This document shows positions 1 through 14,356 of a stretch of DNA of 64,000 bases, in pieces (position 1 is the stretch's first letter; the number at the start of each line of letters is the position of its first letter). The notes under the pieces were generated by a model, which was not told the origin of the DNA, ran no database searches, and saw only the letters and a program-made list of their open reading frames with translations. This stretch comes from Botryllus schlosseri. Lineage: Eukaryota. The DNA lies in contig CM119373.1 in assembly GCA_051294905.1 (NCBI GenBank), forward strand, positions 31,062,001 through 31,126,000, in the 5' to 3' direction. The translations under genes and the position numbers were made by a program.

Positions 1-139
1 AAACCGGTTGATTGGAAAACCGTTTCGAAAATAGTCTTCCCTTCACTTAAAGGCGAATCTTCACAACTAAACTTGAACGAATCATCCGCTAGTGTGCAGT
101 GTCTCGCTTGTAGTCATGTCAGGCAAGTTCGGTATAAAA

Positions 140-601
140 CAGGGGCGGGCAACTTCTCCAGTCGGCGGGCCAGATATAGGAAAATTAGGTACTAGCCGGG
201 CCGGATTGCTGAATCGATACATTATTCGCCCATTCATCCACATATACAACGAATAAAACGTTTTTAATGAATGTATTTTAACGATAGCAATGTCACCTCA
301 AAGCCATTTCTCGCCGATAATGACGAAGACAATGTTGATTTGAGGATAGCATTGTCATACAGGCGCTTCTATTTGATCAATCAACACAAGGTGCAATCCT
401 TAGTTAGCGTTGCAAGGCGTTTGATAACCCCAGTATCCCTAATTTACCAAGATATTAATTCATTAGGGTTGAATAGGTGACGAGATAGCGACGATGTTCA
501 ACTGTGTGGCCTGATTAATCTCGATATTGAATTCATGCGGACCGCGGCCTCTACGAAATTTGAAAAGTGGCCCGCGACCCGTTTTGAGTTGGCCACCCCT
601 G
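140..601. mobile_element. hAT-type non-autonomous element (CAGGGG...CCCCTG MITE)
   Basis: Termini caggggcgggcaac / gttggccacccctg are imperfect inverted repeats with GCGGGCC/GGCCCGC subterminal motifs; flanks gtataaaa / gtatatgc are a degraded 8-bp TSD. Confidence 0.7.
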
Positions 602-1229
602 GTATATGCGGTGTCGTACTAGGGTTACCATACGTCCTCTTTTAAGAGGATTATCCTTTTTTTTAACTTTTTTGAAGTAGTCATCAGAGGACGCCAAATG
701 TCCTCTTTTTTGAGATTTTGTCCTCTTTTTCGAGGACTTTAGTAAATACATCGCAAAATCGACTGAGATACAGTAAATTAGCAACGAAGTAACGCTCCAG
801 CGACTATTTAGGGAGATGAGCCGGAAAGTTGACCTTTTTTTTAGTCAATCAACTGATAATGTGTAAGAAAAAACTGTATTTTGGGCGCTGAGCGAGAGAG
901 TGGACCTTTTCTTTTTTTAGTCAACTAACCGCGAAGTGGGAAAAATTTACAACTTCGCGGCTTGTTATTGTGCCGTTACCTCTTGATAAGGGGAACACGA
1001 AAAGTATTCGAGGTAATAAATTCTTTACTGCGAAGAATATAGTCGTGAAAGCAATACTCAAGTTCAATACCGCCAACCATATATTCAAGCTTCAATGAAT
1101 AGATGGTTAACTTTTACGTAAACACACGAAGTATATTTTACTCATTTCACGATATTTCTATAAGTGATATGGCCATAGGGCAACCACAACCGGAAATACA
1201 ATACCGCGTCCATAACATTAGGTTACAAT

Positions 1230-2200
1230 AACCTACGGCGGTTTAAACGGTATTCCTAATCGACTTCAATTGTGTCGACCGCTGACGACAATAGGAAATC
1301 GCAGGCTGGGTATTCTAAACCCGATACACCAATATTGATTCGTTGCAATATGCATAGGCGACGACGTGTTTTTGCTTGATTCATGTAGGTTAGAGTCGGC
1401 ATTGGTCATTCCGTTTTGCACCATGCCTTCATACTTCAATACAATTGAAGCTTCTGAACTTGTGCACGTCCCGATTGTGTTCTGGGTTTTTACATGACAC
1501 TGCTTCGATCAAATTCACAAAGATCCAATGATAATTAATTCATCTCCGTCGCCTAGTTAAAAGATGCTGCTCTATCAAACGCTGTCGTAGGTAGGTTATT
1601 GTGAATGTTAATGTTCACGAATGATCCCGACAATTATGCGTCGCTGCACGATGAATGATAAAAATTAAGGATCACGCTACGCATGCCATTCTTAACAGAT
1701 TCAACCCAAAGCACGACGCGCTGTCGTCAATAAACTGTATGTTTTTAAACGTAGGAACCGTGAATGTGTACGATTGAGGCCTGTCGCAGGGTGGTGAATG
1801 AAAATAATTTTCGATAACACCACAAATAGCGTTCTCAGCTGTTTCAACGCAAAACACGACGCTCTTTGAGCGTCCCATAACGTAGGAACTGTGAATGTGT
1901 ACGAATTTTACCAATATCGAATGTGGCTCTAGGCTGACTGAAAACAATTTGAGATAACAATTGCGACGAATGAAATCTTTTACAAATAACGCTGAACCTA
2001 AACACGACGCATATAGGATATCACTTTTGTTAATACAGCTAATGCTGTCAATATTGGACCATTAAGTTCGCACCTGTTTTGTTGACGACTTTGTCCTCCA
2101 TTCATTTTTAAGCTTATCAACACTGACCAGTTCAATCATGACAAAAGTCTCTCAACGTTTCTTCGAACAGTAACCGTAGTACTGTGGTCATACCCAGGGC
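1230..2200. repeat. Copy of a dispersed, internally repetitive (~130-150 bp period) degenerate sequence family
   Basis: Recurrent motifs gtaggaac(c/t)gtgaatgtgtacga and caaaacacgacgc repeat within this block and recur in the same orientation near 13.3-13.7, 22.9-23.5, 44.9-45.8, 46.4-46.5 and 48.5-49.3 kb. Confidence 0.75.
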
Positions 2201-3316
2201 CGTAACAGCACTTCGTCAGCCCCCCTCCCAAAAAACTTTGGTCTTGGGCTCCCCATATGATTTTGAAACGAACTTATGGGGGGATTCGCCCCCCAGACCC
2301 CCCAGACTAGACGCTGTGTACCGCTACTTACCATCTACATAGGGGACCGTTTACTGAGGCAGCTTTTCTCGCCTAAACGCGCCAAGCGCGAAAATTTTCT
2401 TTAATTCATGATTGAATCTGTCAATATGATCGGGAATTGCATATATATTGCTATCAATTTTTATCGTTTCTGTGCTCACGTAATCAGATTTACAGGTAGA
2501 GCTGAGTGAAGTGTGTTTGAAAAGGTAGGTCTCCTCAATGATAATTGAACATCTTCGTGCGTATACCCGCTGGAACGAAACAGCACCCCCAAAAACTTGG
2601 GTTTTGGGCTCCCATAGGGTGATAAACATACCTCAATCACCTTGTTCGCTTTTGCCACGAAATTAGTCGTACTGTGCGGTGAGCCAGCACGAAGGGCGAA
2701 AATTTTCGATCATTCATGATAAAATCTGTCAATAAGATTGGGAATTGCATATATATTGCTGTTAATTTCTTTTCTTCTTTGCTCACGTAATCAGATTTAT
2801 TGATAGAGCCGAGTGAGGTGTCTTGGGAAGTGTAGGGCCCGTTGGTATGACTCCGTAACATGATGTTATTTCGTGACCTCCTATCTGCTATACCAAAAAA
2901 TATATAGAATCGCTCAAACGAAGGCTATTAAACTAAAATAAGCACACGATTTCAAATTGGTATTTCTTCACTAGCATATATTTTTCCCTGCGAGATCGTA
3001 TTTTTCTTGTGAGGTTCGGATTGCTAAGACAGGGATATTCGGCGCCAGTCATTTAGGCGCCTATGCACAATTAAACCTATATGGATTTTGTATATGTAAC
3101 GAAGTTTTCGGTCAGCATGAGGGCAGTCCTTTTCGGCCAAAGTTTTCTAGCTGCTGATCGTTCTGGCATACTCTTTGGAGTCACATGTTACATGGCTTAA
3201 AACAGCGGTTCTCAAATTTTTTTGACACGCGCCCCCCTTGGCGATGGTCAAAACATCCCTCACCCCTGACCCCCATTGCATTTATCATCATGTCAAAAAG
3301 AGCACATAATCTAATA

Positions 3317-3833
3317 CAGACGTTGGCAACCTTTTTGCTAATCATGGCCGCATTTCAATAACTTATGTAGGCTAAGGCCCCATTACAGGCCATAGCCGCA
3401 ATGAACGATGTGGTCGCGACATAGCTATGGTAAACTGTCCATATCCATTCCCGGTGAACCCCGGACTATTCTACTTGTCACAACGGCCTATTGTACGCAC
3501 CGAAATCGCGAGTGGCAATGTTATGAATAGTTGCTGGGAGTGCATATTGTCGCAAATTTTCAGAGCCGCGAGTGAATTGTTATTTCTTGACGATTCCCAT
3601 TCCGCCTCAGATCAAGAAGGACGTTACTGAATTAAAATCGAAAATGAATTCCTGTTGAATTGCGCTGAGCGCGAAGAAAATTTCAAGATTAAATAAAATC
3701 TCTCGAAAATTTGGGAGTGAATTCGTGATTGCAAGTAGTATGTCTATGTCTATGGCCGACACCACACACCAATTGAATTAGGCGTCGACGGCCGCACAAA
3801 TTCCCTTCTACGGGCCCAGGTTGCCCACCCCTG
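3317..3833. mobile_element. hAT-type MITE
   Basis: Termini cagacgttggcaacc / ggttgcccacccctg, flanked by a perfect 8-bp direct repeat atctaata (3309-3316 and 3834-3841). Confidence 0.85.
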
Positions 3834-5374
3834 ATCTAATAGTATACATAAGGTATATCTTCCGCCAATTTTGAATCCGCATTCCAGTTGTCTAGTCTTT
3901 TACATTGCTGATGGCGGACTTGTTACGCGTGCGACGCAAGATGTTCGACCTAAGTACCACGAAAGATTTATTTCGTGGGTATTGTAAGGTAAAAATTACA
4001 TTCTAGGTTCCTGGATACTCTCGAATTTGTTAGGTAAGCTATAAATCAACTGGTGATTTATTCTCAAATCTATGTCGATTAGGCGTCCTAGCAGTTACAA
4101 CGAAATCATGCCATATCCCTGTTCTGAAATATAATTAGGACCCTGACGCTGGGACTTCATAATAACAAATCGTAGGCTTATTTTCATATCAGATATATAT
4201 CTATGCCGTGGGTCGTTAGTTGCCACTTTCAGATATACTAAAATGTAGATAACTCAACACCATATCAAACGATCAGTTTTTTTTCACTGAATATAGGACT
4301 CTTGCAACGCTATTATAGTACTGTGTCTACCGTTTCCATTGCAATGATGGTTTTCAAGGCTTGAGTCTGTAGTTGTGTGTTATGATTTGCTGAGCATGTT
4401 TATGCGACATTACAGGATTTAAGCGGAGAGTACGAGGAAAGTCAAATACTCCCAACCATCAAAGCATTGTGTACTGAGTGAGCAACTGAACTTAATTTGG
4501 TGTTCAGACTCCTTTTCGGACTCATATTGTTACTGTGTCGATACCCTCTCTCAAAACTGCGATTGCAAGGTCGCTTCAGCTCCGGCGTGCTAGTAAGAAA
4601 TGACAATATTTGTATTTTTTTATAATTTGAAGTGGAAGAGTAGAGAATTTAATTTACTTCAATGATCAGCATTTCCACACAGCTGAGCATTCGCGTCTGT
4701 TGCCTTGATGAAGAAATTACTTGCAGAGTCATGGGTCGGGCTATTGCATATAATTGTCTCTAACGGGCTACGTGAGTACCGCTGACGGCTGAAAAAACGC
4801 TGTCAGTAATAGAAATAATGCAATACTGTGAAGAAGCCTCTGGATGATCCGCATGAGGAAGGAAGGTTGCCATGTTGTAACGGTGTCAGGATCATACCAA
4901 GGATTAGGTCGAGTGTCTTCTACAATGTGATCGAAGAACATAGACGATGGAAACAGTAATAAACAATACGTGACGGCTTTTATTTGTATTTCGTAATTAT
5001 GTTTGCATAACGAACATTTATCATTATCTTTTTTCTTTTAGATCTATCCCAGAACTAAATATACACTGGGTTCTATAGATAGCTCATGCACCTCCCGGGA
5101 TTTGCAACAACGTCCCGCCATACTTTAGTATCAAAGCAGTGTCAGGCGGCTACAATGGACTCACCATCACCGCATTCACCTGAATTGCCGACAACAACTG
5201 GACCGAGATATGAGCACGTAGTAGCCTTGTACGCAGGCCGTGTTATTTTTGGCATTCCGGGAACCAAATGCCAAAAATAAGATATTTTTGGCATTTTTGA
5301 CATATGAAAAAATAACAATGTATGTGCAAAGGCCTCCATGGTAGATCTATATGTACCATACATAGGCCCTACAT

Positions 5375-6564
5375 CAGGGGTCTCCAACACGCGGCCCGCG
5401 GGCCGCATGCGGCCCGCGAGGTCCTATTTTGCGGCCCGCGACCTGATTTGAAAAAAATTCAGAAAAACGCTTAGTAAATCATGTTGTAGGCCTAACGCTA
5501 AAATTGATTTCAGTTGAAACATAATGTTGTTGTTTTTCAAAGTGAGCCATTCTATGTGCCCACTATCACTATTACTCACTAGTTGATACGGCTTCGGCAT
5601 GGTAATATCATTCCATGGATGAAGAATTTGCTGGTACGAATGGGCATATTGCCTTGACGTGCAATGGCCCACCACTGCCAAGACCGAGACGCCTGCAAAA
5701 CGACTTCGGGCGCTCCAAAAGACCATGCTTTACGAGGAGATAGTTGTCTAGCAAGTAGGCCTACCGTGTATAGCTAACCCCAATATTGATTCTTCAATCC
5801 ATGGGTGGCCAATCTGCAGCAGTAGAAGGAAAATTATGCGGCTGTCGACACTTGTAATAACAACCCTAAGTTTTCACAGATACCCCCTGCATCAGCTGTA
5901 TCTGGGAATCTGATCACATTGGCCGAGAAAGGATAAATATTTTATAGTAATATGTGGAACTATACTAATATTTATTGACGAAATTCACTCATGAACATGA
6001 AAAATTTTTCGCGCTTCGCGCGACTACAGATTGGTTCTCGGTGGCTCTTTACAACATAACTACTAACGATTTGGTGCGCATAGTAAGCCGATATGTGCAT
6101 ATAGATTAGTTCGGAGTGTACCGGCAATGGACATGGACATGATAACGTGGGTATTTGGCCCCAGCTAGTTTATCACGACTAACCACCGGTATGCGGCCGC
6201 AGGCTACATGAGTACGCGAAATGCGGCCGTGAATTACAAAAATGTTGGCCACCCCTGTTTTAGCGGCTAAAGAGTGTTGTCATTGTCAGGTATCGTGTAC
6301 AGCTCATAGTCCAAAATATAATGACATTGATGATCATGATACTTTTTGTTGTATTTGTGTTTGTTCAATAAAATATTAGTTCTTTTGTGGTGACTATTGC
6401 CGTCGCCTATGTTAGAAAGCACAGCGTTGTAATAACGTAGAGTTATCAGACGTGGTTGTTGAACTGCGTTGCCTACTTTTATATCGATATTGATGTCATG
6501 CGGCCCGCGGCCTCCAGGAATTTGGAAAAGTGGCCCGCGACCTATTTTGAGTTGGCGACCCCTG
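5375..6564. mobile_element. hAT-type non-autonomous element with a second MITE nested at about 5800-6257
   Basis: Termini caggggtctccaac / gttggcgacccctg; perfect 8-bp TSD ccctacat (5367-5374, 6565-6572). Inner catgggtggccaa...ttggccacccctg pair. Confidence 0.85.
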
Positions 6565-7331
6565 CCCTACATATATACATGCAGTACAGGGATATCTAGA
6601 TATCGTTGCTGCAGTCCTTTCCTAGTTTTTCTTGCCGGGTGGATAACTTTTTAAATAATATTGATTATTTAAGTCACTCATGATTTCTAACCATTGTTTG
6701 GATATAGTGTAGACTTCTATGCGAACGTATTAGAAGCCCCTGTTATCGTAAGTTATCGTAAGTATTGTGACCTGAGTGAATGCCGGTAATGTTATACGCA
6801 TAGTGAATCGACAGTGGTCAACTGGTCATATTCCATATACTTTTTATTGTCGAATACGCAAAGATACACTACATTGTTGTCATGAAACGATAACTCAATG
6901 CTACGTATATCAGCACCGGATCGCAGAATCGTTACTAAATATTGGTGAAACTGGCTAAACGTTGAAGATTACACATCAAAACAATGTGATGTGAAAATTT
7001 GAATATGAAGGACATTAGGGTAACAAAAGCATAACAGAAAATAGCATTTTATCAATAAACAGGCACCAATTCATGCGATTTGATCAATACGTTAAACCAC
7101 AAACAACGAGAGGATTCCAAAAAAGAAAATATAATGGGGAAAATACGACTCCCGCAGCAGCCACTATTACTGTCTACATCTATTTATTTGATTAGGTTGC
7201 GGTGTTTTATATGCGAAAGTGCAGAGTCTACAATTTCGTTCAGTGATTTATATGAAAAAGACTACTATCCGGTATCAAACAACGAAAATCTGGTTGATTC
7301 GTACCATGGCTCCCACTGACCCATCCGTTCA

Positions 7332-7910
7332 CTATATTGGCTTTCCAGGGTTCTCTTCGAGGTCTTCAACAACGACGGCACTGATTTGGTTTGATCGTGT
7401 GGTAGGTAGAGCGGCGCCAAAACATACCTGATTGACGCAGCGGATAGTATGGGAAATTGCGATCGGTACAGTTACCACACAAAGTCCCACGATCGCAACA
7501 TGCATTGAAAATACCGTCTGTATACAAATAAAATCTCCTCCGTCTGGTATAACAATCGATGTAGCTCCGTGTAGATTCATGACGCCGGCGACAATCCCCG
7601 ACACGATATTTGCGACCTGCATCTGCTTTCCATCATTCTTCACTAGTGCCAAACCTAGTAATCCAAGAATAAGAGTAGAGACGCCAGCCAAGATACCGGT
7701 ACCATTTCTCGCGACACGTTTCAAATGATTGAGGTCGAAATTAAAACATTCTGCAAGGTGGTAATTGGAAAAGTTATACGAAGTTATATTGTATGTGGTC
7801 GGAATCAGAACAATTCCCAGCGATATTGCAGCAGTTCCAATAATCAATTCTGCAATAAAGTGTGGTATTAGAAATCTTTTTCTCCCCTGTTGGCCTTTAC
7901 TCTGTTGCAT
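7332..7910 (-). CDS. Intronless four-TM CD20/MS4A-like membrane protein (~192 aa)
   Basis: Four hydrophobic segments (FIAELIIGTAAISLGIVLI; GTGILAGVSTLILGLLGLAL; VANIVSGIVAGVMNLHG; MHVAIVGLCVVTVPIAISH) with short loops. The track start at 7937 is GTG; the first ATG in good context (ggaaccATG) is at 7910. Close paralogue at 43450. Confidence 0.8.
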   Translation of the reverse strand: MQQSKGQQGRKRFLIPHFIAELIIGTAAISLGIVLIPTTYNITSYNFSNYHLAECFNFDLNHLKRVARNGTGILAGVSTLILGLLGLALVKNDGKQMQVANIVSGIVAGVMNLHGATSIVIPDGGDFICIQTVFSMHVAIVGLCVVTVPIAISHTIRCVNQVCFGAALPTTRSNQISAVVVEDLEENPGKPI

Positions 7911-8611
7911 GGTTCCTATCCGTTGTCGTATGGTCACTTATCCACAGAATGTTTATGCTATAGCTGTGGCAGCTTTCTGTATAAATTAAAATTTATGCGA
8001 TAATATGTTGCTCTGTGGAGAGGACAGGTATATACATCTTTATCATATAGGTACATGCAAATAATAGATTTGGGTTGTAGACACACCTTTATTATGCTAA
8101 TATTACGCACAACGTGGGGCCAGGAAAAATGACTTGGTCGCTTTTGAAATTATATCGAGTACATGGCATTAAATACCGCTATTCAAATGAACGCGTTGCC
8201 CTAAAACGACTTGTCCAGCAGTTTATAAGCTAATATTGTTGACGGCGCCCTTTGAATCCCGTCGACATGAAAACACGGCACCCCAGCAACTAAAAAATTG
8301 GTTATCTTTCAAGATGGGCCTGTATTAGAATGGTAAGTATTATTGTTACCACAGACTAACCGCCTTTGCCCTAATATAGTGCGACAAAAATGACAAGAGC
8401 AGCGTCACAGCCAACAAGCGGAACATGTTTGCAAGCCGGTTAACATGCATTTATCGTAACCCAGGAGGTCGGTAATGTTCTTCGCCCACATCCACATTCC
8501 ATCACATCCACATTGGCCCGATATTCCCAGTTGTACTTCACACACAAGTAGCCATCTTGCTCTCGATAGACGATTCCGTATTACTGTGCCTTAAAGGCGC
8601 ACTGCACTTTA

Positions 8612-8963
8612 AAAATGATGTGGTCTCAAATTGAAGAGCAGAACGAAAGAAAAATTTTGGCCGCAGCCGTTTTCTTCAGAACGTCACCGTAATGAAGCTG
8701 TAATGTACTGAAATTTCCACAGTTGCGTCACCCTCCAGCATTCACGTAGAGATCGAACTTTATATAGTTGATAGCCGATGTTATGAAGGAAATAGAAAAC
8801 ACTAGGTCCCATTTTTACATAAATATCCAGACTGGACATCTTCCGTTGAACGCGGTATCTAAACCACCTTGGCGTGTACGACATATTTCCTTCATAACAT
8901 CGGATGACAGCTATATAAACTGCAATCTCTATGCGTGAGACCACGTCATTTTTAGAGTGCAGT
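8612..8963. mobile_element. Small TIR element (CACTG termini)
   Basis: cactgcactttaaaaatgatgtggtctca and tgagaccacgtcattttagagtgcagtg are ~28-bp inverted repeats; absent from the paralogous block near 44.9 kb. Coordinates approximate. Confidence 0.65.
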
Positions 8964-9029
8964 GCTGCTCTATTGAGTATTTAGGTTTTTCCCGATTCGA
9001 TTGCAACAAAGATTAGTGTAGGGTTGAGT

Positions 9030-12000
9030 CAGGGATATATAGAACTCCGGGATGGCTGACTGCGTCAATTGCGTCATCGCGGTATTACCTAAGTGGGTCC
9101 AGATTCGCGCATTCAGTTTTGATTCACGTTACGGTCAGCCGCTTCATCTGTGTGTAATTTTAAGTTTTTGAGAGCGGTAGAGGCATATAATATCCATGTT
9201 TATGTTATTATATAAAGCTAGAGGTTAACTAGGTTATGAGATGTTCAGGTAATCTGAAACTTTGCGGTATTAGCCCTATTCCTTTAGCACAGGGGTTCTC
9301 AACCCGCGGCCCGCGGGCCGCATGCGGCCCGCAGACGCTTTTTCTGTGGCCCGCGAGATCTTTCAATATGATCGCAATTACTACCGGCACAGTATTGTTG
9401 CATACGGTATCAATTTAGCTACTAAAGGTCTCTTATCGCTCCGTCTCTGTTTCGTTTGATTTATTCTCATTCTTCAATGTTTCCTGGTTTCTTGATATAT
9501 GGTCAAGTTTAGATTCCTATTGTTCTGAATAGGTCTTCGGACAGTTCCATCTCGAGTTACATATATCACCCGATTTTAGAAAAAAGCGTTGTTAGCTAGG
9601 TCTCAGGCTAAGCAATCCATATTTTGAGGCATTGTTGAGATTGCCGACGACGTTAAAAACACATGGTTCAAAATTGCTTGGTATATCGCTTACCCATGAA
9701 ATCTGTTAGAAAAGGTGTTTCTCCAACAAGACGTTACTATACTGTGCGAATCTCCGCTGTTGCCGGAATTTAGTAGTAAGGACAACTTCACCTAACAAAT
9801 TTCGAAGCTGCAGTTGTCTAATTCAACCGTGACAAGAAGAGTAACAGCAATGTCAGTTAATCTTTTGTCGCATGTTTTGAAACACGTTGCCCCGTAGACT
9901 ACTTTAACCTAGCATTGGACAAAATCTACGGACATTGCAACGCTAATTGTATTGCGATATTCCATCAGAGTGGATATATTTGTAGACGTAATCCTGGCTG
10001 GGTAAACGTGGGGAGAGGGGACTAGCAAACAACATCAACTTAACAAAGCTGACTTCTGTAACTATTGGTGCAGGGCACCAGCCATGGAAGGAAAGGAGAA
10101 TGGTTGATTGGTTTGCTCAGAAATTACCCCGGACATGAGACTTCTTCTCCTATCACTGAGAGCCCAAAGTGACAATGGCCTCTGTGAAGAAAAAGTTACC
10201 GTAGTTGTATACTTGCCCGCTCACGCATTGAAACAGAGAGTTCAGTTCTCTGATGCAAGGGTTTGAAGGTGCACATACCGACTTGGGAACGAATGCAATG
10301 CACGCTTCATGAAGAGATTTACTTGTTCCGTCGGAAGATGACACAATCTCACTAGAAACAGCAACTGAAAGCTTACGAACGCTGTCCATTATGCTGTAGA
10401 ATGCATACAAACTAAATGTCCATAGATGACTGGTAAATAAGCTATATTAGCCTAAATATAATAGTATAGTCCACAAATATACGGTAATAATGTTCTGCGG
10501 CCCGCAGCGCTTTTTGCAGTTAAAATGCGGCCCGCTACGCAAGGAAAGTTGAGAACCCCTGCTTTAGCAGCAATTTACCGGTATACCGGTACGGCCATTT
10601 ACTCGCCTTCGGAATATCTCTGCTTCTGTAGTATCTTATGTAACATGATTTGCTGCGCTGATAATCGTGAGAAGATAACAAAATGTAGAATAATTTCCAA
10701 CGTTAACATTGATATCCGCAGTATGATTTTGATTACGCCTTGCGGTATGTTTTTCATTTACCGGCATGTTATGCGAATGTATGTCACCATCCAAGGCTGT
10801 ACATTGCACAAGTACAAGTGTACATTTACACTGTGCCGTGTCAACTATGAAGGCGACCGTTAGGAGGGACTTTGTCAGTTAAGATCTTGTACTACAGATT
10901 AATATGTGAATATGCAGGTAGTGCTGGCTGCTGGTATTGCAGACTTACCGGTATTCCAGATCATTGCTGGATTATTCCTAGTAAGAATTGGAGCCACTGA
11001 GTACACCACCGGTGTGCAAGATTAAGAGGAATTTCAATTGAGAATAACCAAACATTTGAATCTAATACAAACACAACACAACGCGTCAAGGTCTTTGCAG
11101 TTGTGTAAGTGTCCATAACAACTGTTGAATCCAATCTCTTGTTACAGATACTATTCATCAGTAACATGTCTGGTAAAACAAGGCAGGCATATGTTTGTTA
11201 ATGAGCGGCACCTCAATGCTACAGTACTGGAATTATACTTCAACAGAAGTGCACTGTTGGGAACTACCAATGGCTGACTCCCAGTATATGGCCACAACAT
11301 TTGTTGACCATTTGCTCTTACTGAGGCCATGAAGATGCCCACTCCCTTGAATGGATAAGCCAACACAATCGTCAGGACACGAGACGACCCTGAGATACGG
11401 CCTGTCTTTACCATATAAACACTTATAGCCTATAGGCTATAGGCCTGTACGATGGAGGAAGAGAAAACTCTGAAGATTGCTTTCAATTTGCAAGGTTTAG
11501 TCAAATCGTTGCAATAACGCATGGACCTCTCTTCAGTCGGCCCAAGGTAAGTTTGGCTGATTCTAGTGATACGTTATTACATGAGCGATTTACATTAATC
11601 TTGATGTGGTTAAAGTAGTCTGCATTGCTACTCAAGTAACAGTCGTATTCCCGAGCGTACTGGTATTTAAACTTCCTCAAGTAGCTGTAAAGTGAAATGC
11701 CTGCAAGGTACTCAAGTTTGGAGATGGCTGCTTCAGAATTACAAGATGTATCTTCGAAAATAGGCAACAACTACTTGAGTACTGCAATGAAGTAGAAGTT
11801 CTTCACTATTGACCAACTCTGCATACATCTATATATATTCTTAAGGTTAATTTGTGTCTCTAAATACATCATTTGTTTATTTTTGTTGCAGATTCCGGAA
11901 AAACAAACGCGATGTTCCAGCATTTGCATCACGTCAACAGTGGATATCCTGATATATTATACTGGGCACATTCCATTGAAATCTTGGCAAAGATGGCCAC

Positions 12001-13329
12001 GATTTGAATATTTGGATCTCGTGCCTCCTCATCGAGATGATTTTTTTTACATGGAATCATCTATCGCTCTATCGGAAAATCTGCAAGACAATGATACTGA
12101 ATATTTCTCAACTGATAAATGGCATGAAATGCTTCAGGAGGCCCATTCGTGATGTACCGTTAAGCCATGGTGGCAATTTCTTCACTGCGGTCATGAAACT
12201 ATTTCTCGGTGAACAAAATATCAGCTGAATTCAACAACTGGGTCTACCGAATGCTTCTTGAATTGATAATGATATGTACCAAACTTCTACCCGAGGCTAC
12301 ATTTGAACCTGAAGAGAAGTATCAATGGTGTGTTGATTTCTTGATCAACTTTCATTGAGTGACATAGAAGCTGACAATGCTGCTATCACAATTTCGAGTC
12401 CTTACAGGCCGTGCTATCTTTTTGTTATTGGAAATGCTCCATGGCAGGGGTGCATTTAAAATAAACGGTGTTGGAAATACTATGTTTAAAACATGCTTTA
12501 AACAGTGTTTTAAACAAAGGCCCTTTAAAAAAAATTCTTCCAACGTTGTAAAATTATGCCGTAATTGTGTAAATACTTTCTAAAATACGTGTTATATGAG
12601 CCTACGGATGATTACCACCCGATATAGCCGACTAATATCGATATGGGATGGCTGGAACCCTCAAAATAGTCGGTTCAACGGCAATAGCACAGATATTTCG
12701 TCAAAGGAGCTATATTTACACTATATTTGCAATTGTCAATGTCAATCCAATATGACGTCACTATTGAATATTCTTGACGTCATGACTTGAAAAAAGTATA
12801 TTTTATACAAGGGCCTGGTTTTAAATATGTTTGTTTTAAATGCAACCCTATACTCCATGGTAATTGTCGGTTAACGCGAATTGAAACGGTTGATTTAATC
12901 AATCCTATTACCCCCCCCCCCCATCCCAGCTGCAAGGTTTCCGACAATGGCTTGTAAATAGGTAGAAGACGCTGATATTATTCGTTATTCACTCTGTTAT
13001 TTATGGCCTGATGCAGATTATATGATGTGTAGAAATTAAACACATTCATGCTTTACTGAAATTCAGAGTTGTGATAGTTTACTTGGTTGGCTATACAGCA
13101 GTGTTGAACTTTACTAGGTTGGCTATACAGCAGTAAGGTTGTGATAATGGAAGAATGTCTAGCTTAACTAACTATTCCGCAAAAGGTTGAGGATCGTTAT
13201 TCTAGAAACAGCTGTATTGCTAGCTTGCAGAAAAGTGGATATTTCGAGGCAGATTGCAGGTAACTTTCTGGACCTACTTAGGTAATGGCCAAAATGAAGT
13301 CAGCCATCCCGGAGTTCTATATATCCCTG
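9030..13329. mobile_element. 4.3-kb hAT-like non-autonomous element
   Basis: 31-bp TIRs cagggatatatagaactccgggatggctgac / gtcagccatcccggagttctatatatccctg; perfect TSD ggttgagt (9022-9029, 13330-13337); empty paralogous site near 44935. Confidence 0.9.
9290..10561. mobile_element. hAT-type element nested in the 9030-13329 element
   Basis: TIRs caggggttctcaac / gttgagaacccctg; perfect TSD ctttagca (9282-9289, 10562-10569). Confidence 0.9.
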
Positions 13330-14356
13330 GGTTGAGTGACCTTAAATTTGTGTGCATACCTCTGTGCAATCCTATAAGTCATCCTACGAAGTGTATACAT
13401 CTTAATCTGACCTGATCTCGTTTGCAAAAAACTCATCGAATAATATTTCTTTCATATGAATGTACTCGAACTCGCGTACAAACGTTCCTGATTTTTAATT
13501 GGAAGCATACATGATGAACCTCGCAGAACACTGCTTCAATCGTTCCTGGATGAGATTCCACAGTTAAACTTCCGATTGATCAAAGCAAACATGAGCGCTG
13601 AAATATAGTCATGATCGAACGCTGTCGTAGGAACTGTAAATGTATACGAATAGACCTACTACCGATTATATAATAATGCGTCACAGGAGGATGAATCAGA
13701 ACCATCGACATTCCATAACATTCGGATTAATGCAACCTTTCCCGAGTGTCGCAGTGTGGTAAGCGACACCATCGCGACACCAATGGTTGTATATTCGAGT
13801 CTCTATGTCGCAGGTTCATCTTCGCTCCTCGTGACTTATAAAGCCCAGAAAGTATATTGAGCTTAGAAGCCTCAGTAAACATGCGATGAATGATGAAACA
13901 CTGATTCGTGGAATTGCCATTGATCCATTGTAGTGGATGAAAAAGCCTCATAAGGCTATAAGAACCACTGTCGCACGTTATCAATACAATACAATGCCAC
14001 CCCACACGTGATGCCGCTTATAAACCGTAGTTATTCAGAAGCTGGAACTCTCTATGTGTGCAAATCGAAGCAATAACAATGTGTCGCCATGGGATCAATC
14101 ACTACATTTCAGATAACGCTACCCAGGTTATTCTAAAGAGGTTCATCGCGACACACGAAGCGCTATTGACCACTAACAAATTACTTCAAACGTGTATACG
14201 AAGTATAATTATGTACGATGGAATAATTGCAGTGCGGACATTGAACGTGGTGCGAAAGAGTGCGAATGAAAATTGTGAATAATTGGCATTTTCTTGACAA
14301 GGAACAATTCGGGAGTAACCAAGGTAAACCTCCAACACTTCGGTATAGGAATTCTG

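Noticed and set aside
4724-5280. Exons of another spliced MS4A-like gene (SWVGLLHIIVSNGL|gtgagt; tail-like PRYEHV)
   Set aside because: Suggestive, but I could not assemble a consistent reading frame; too weak to call.
13745-13810. tRNA gene
   Set aside because: Only A/B-box-like similarity without a consistent cloverleaf; treated as a SINE-like remnant.
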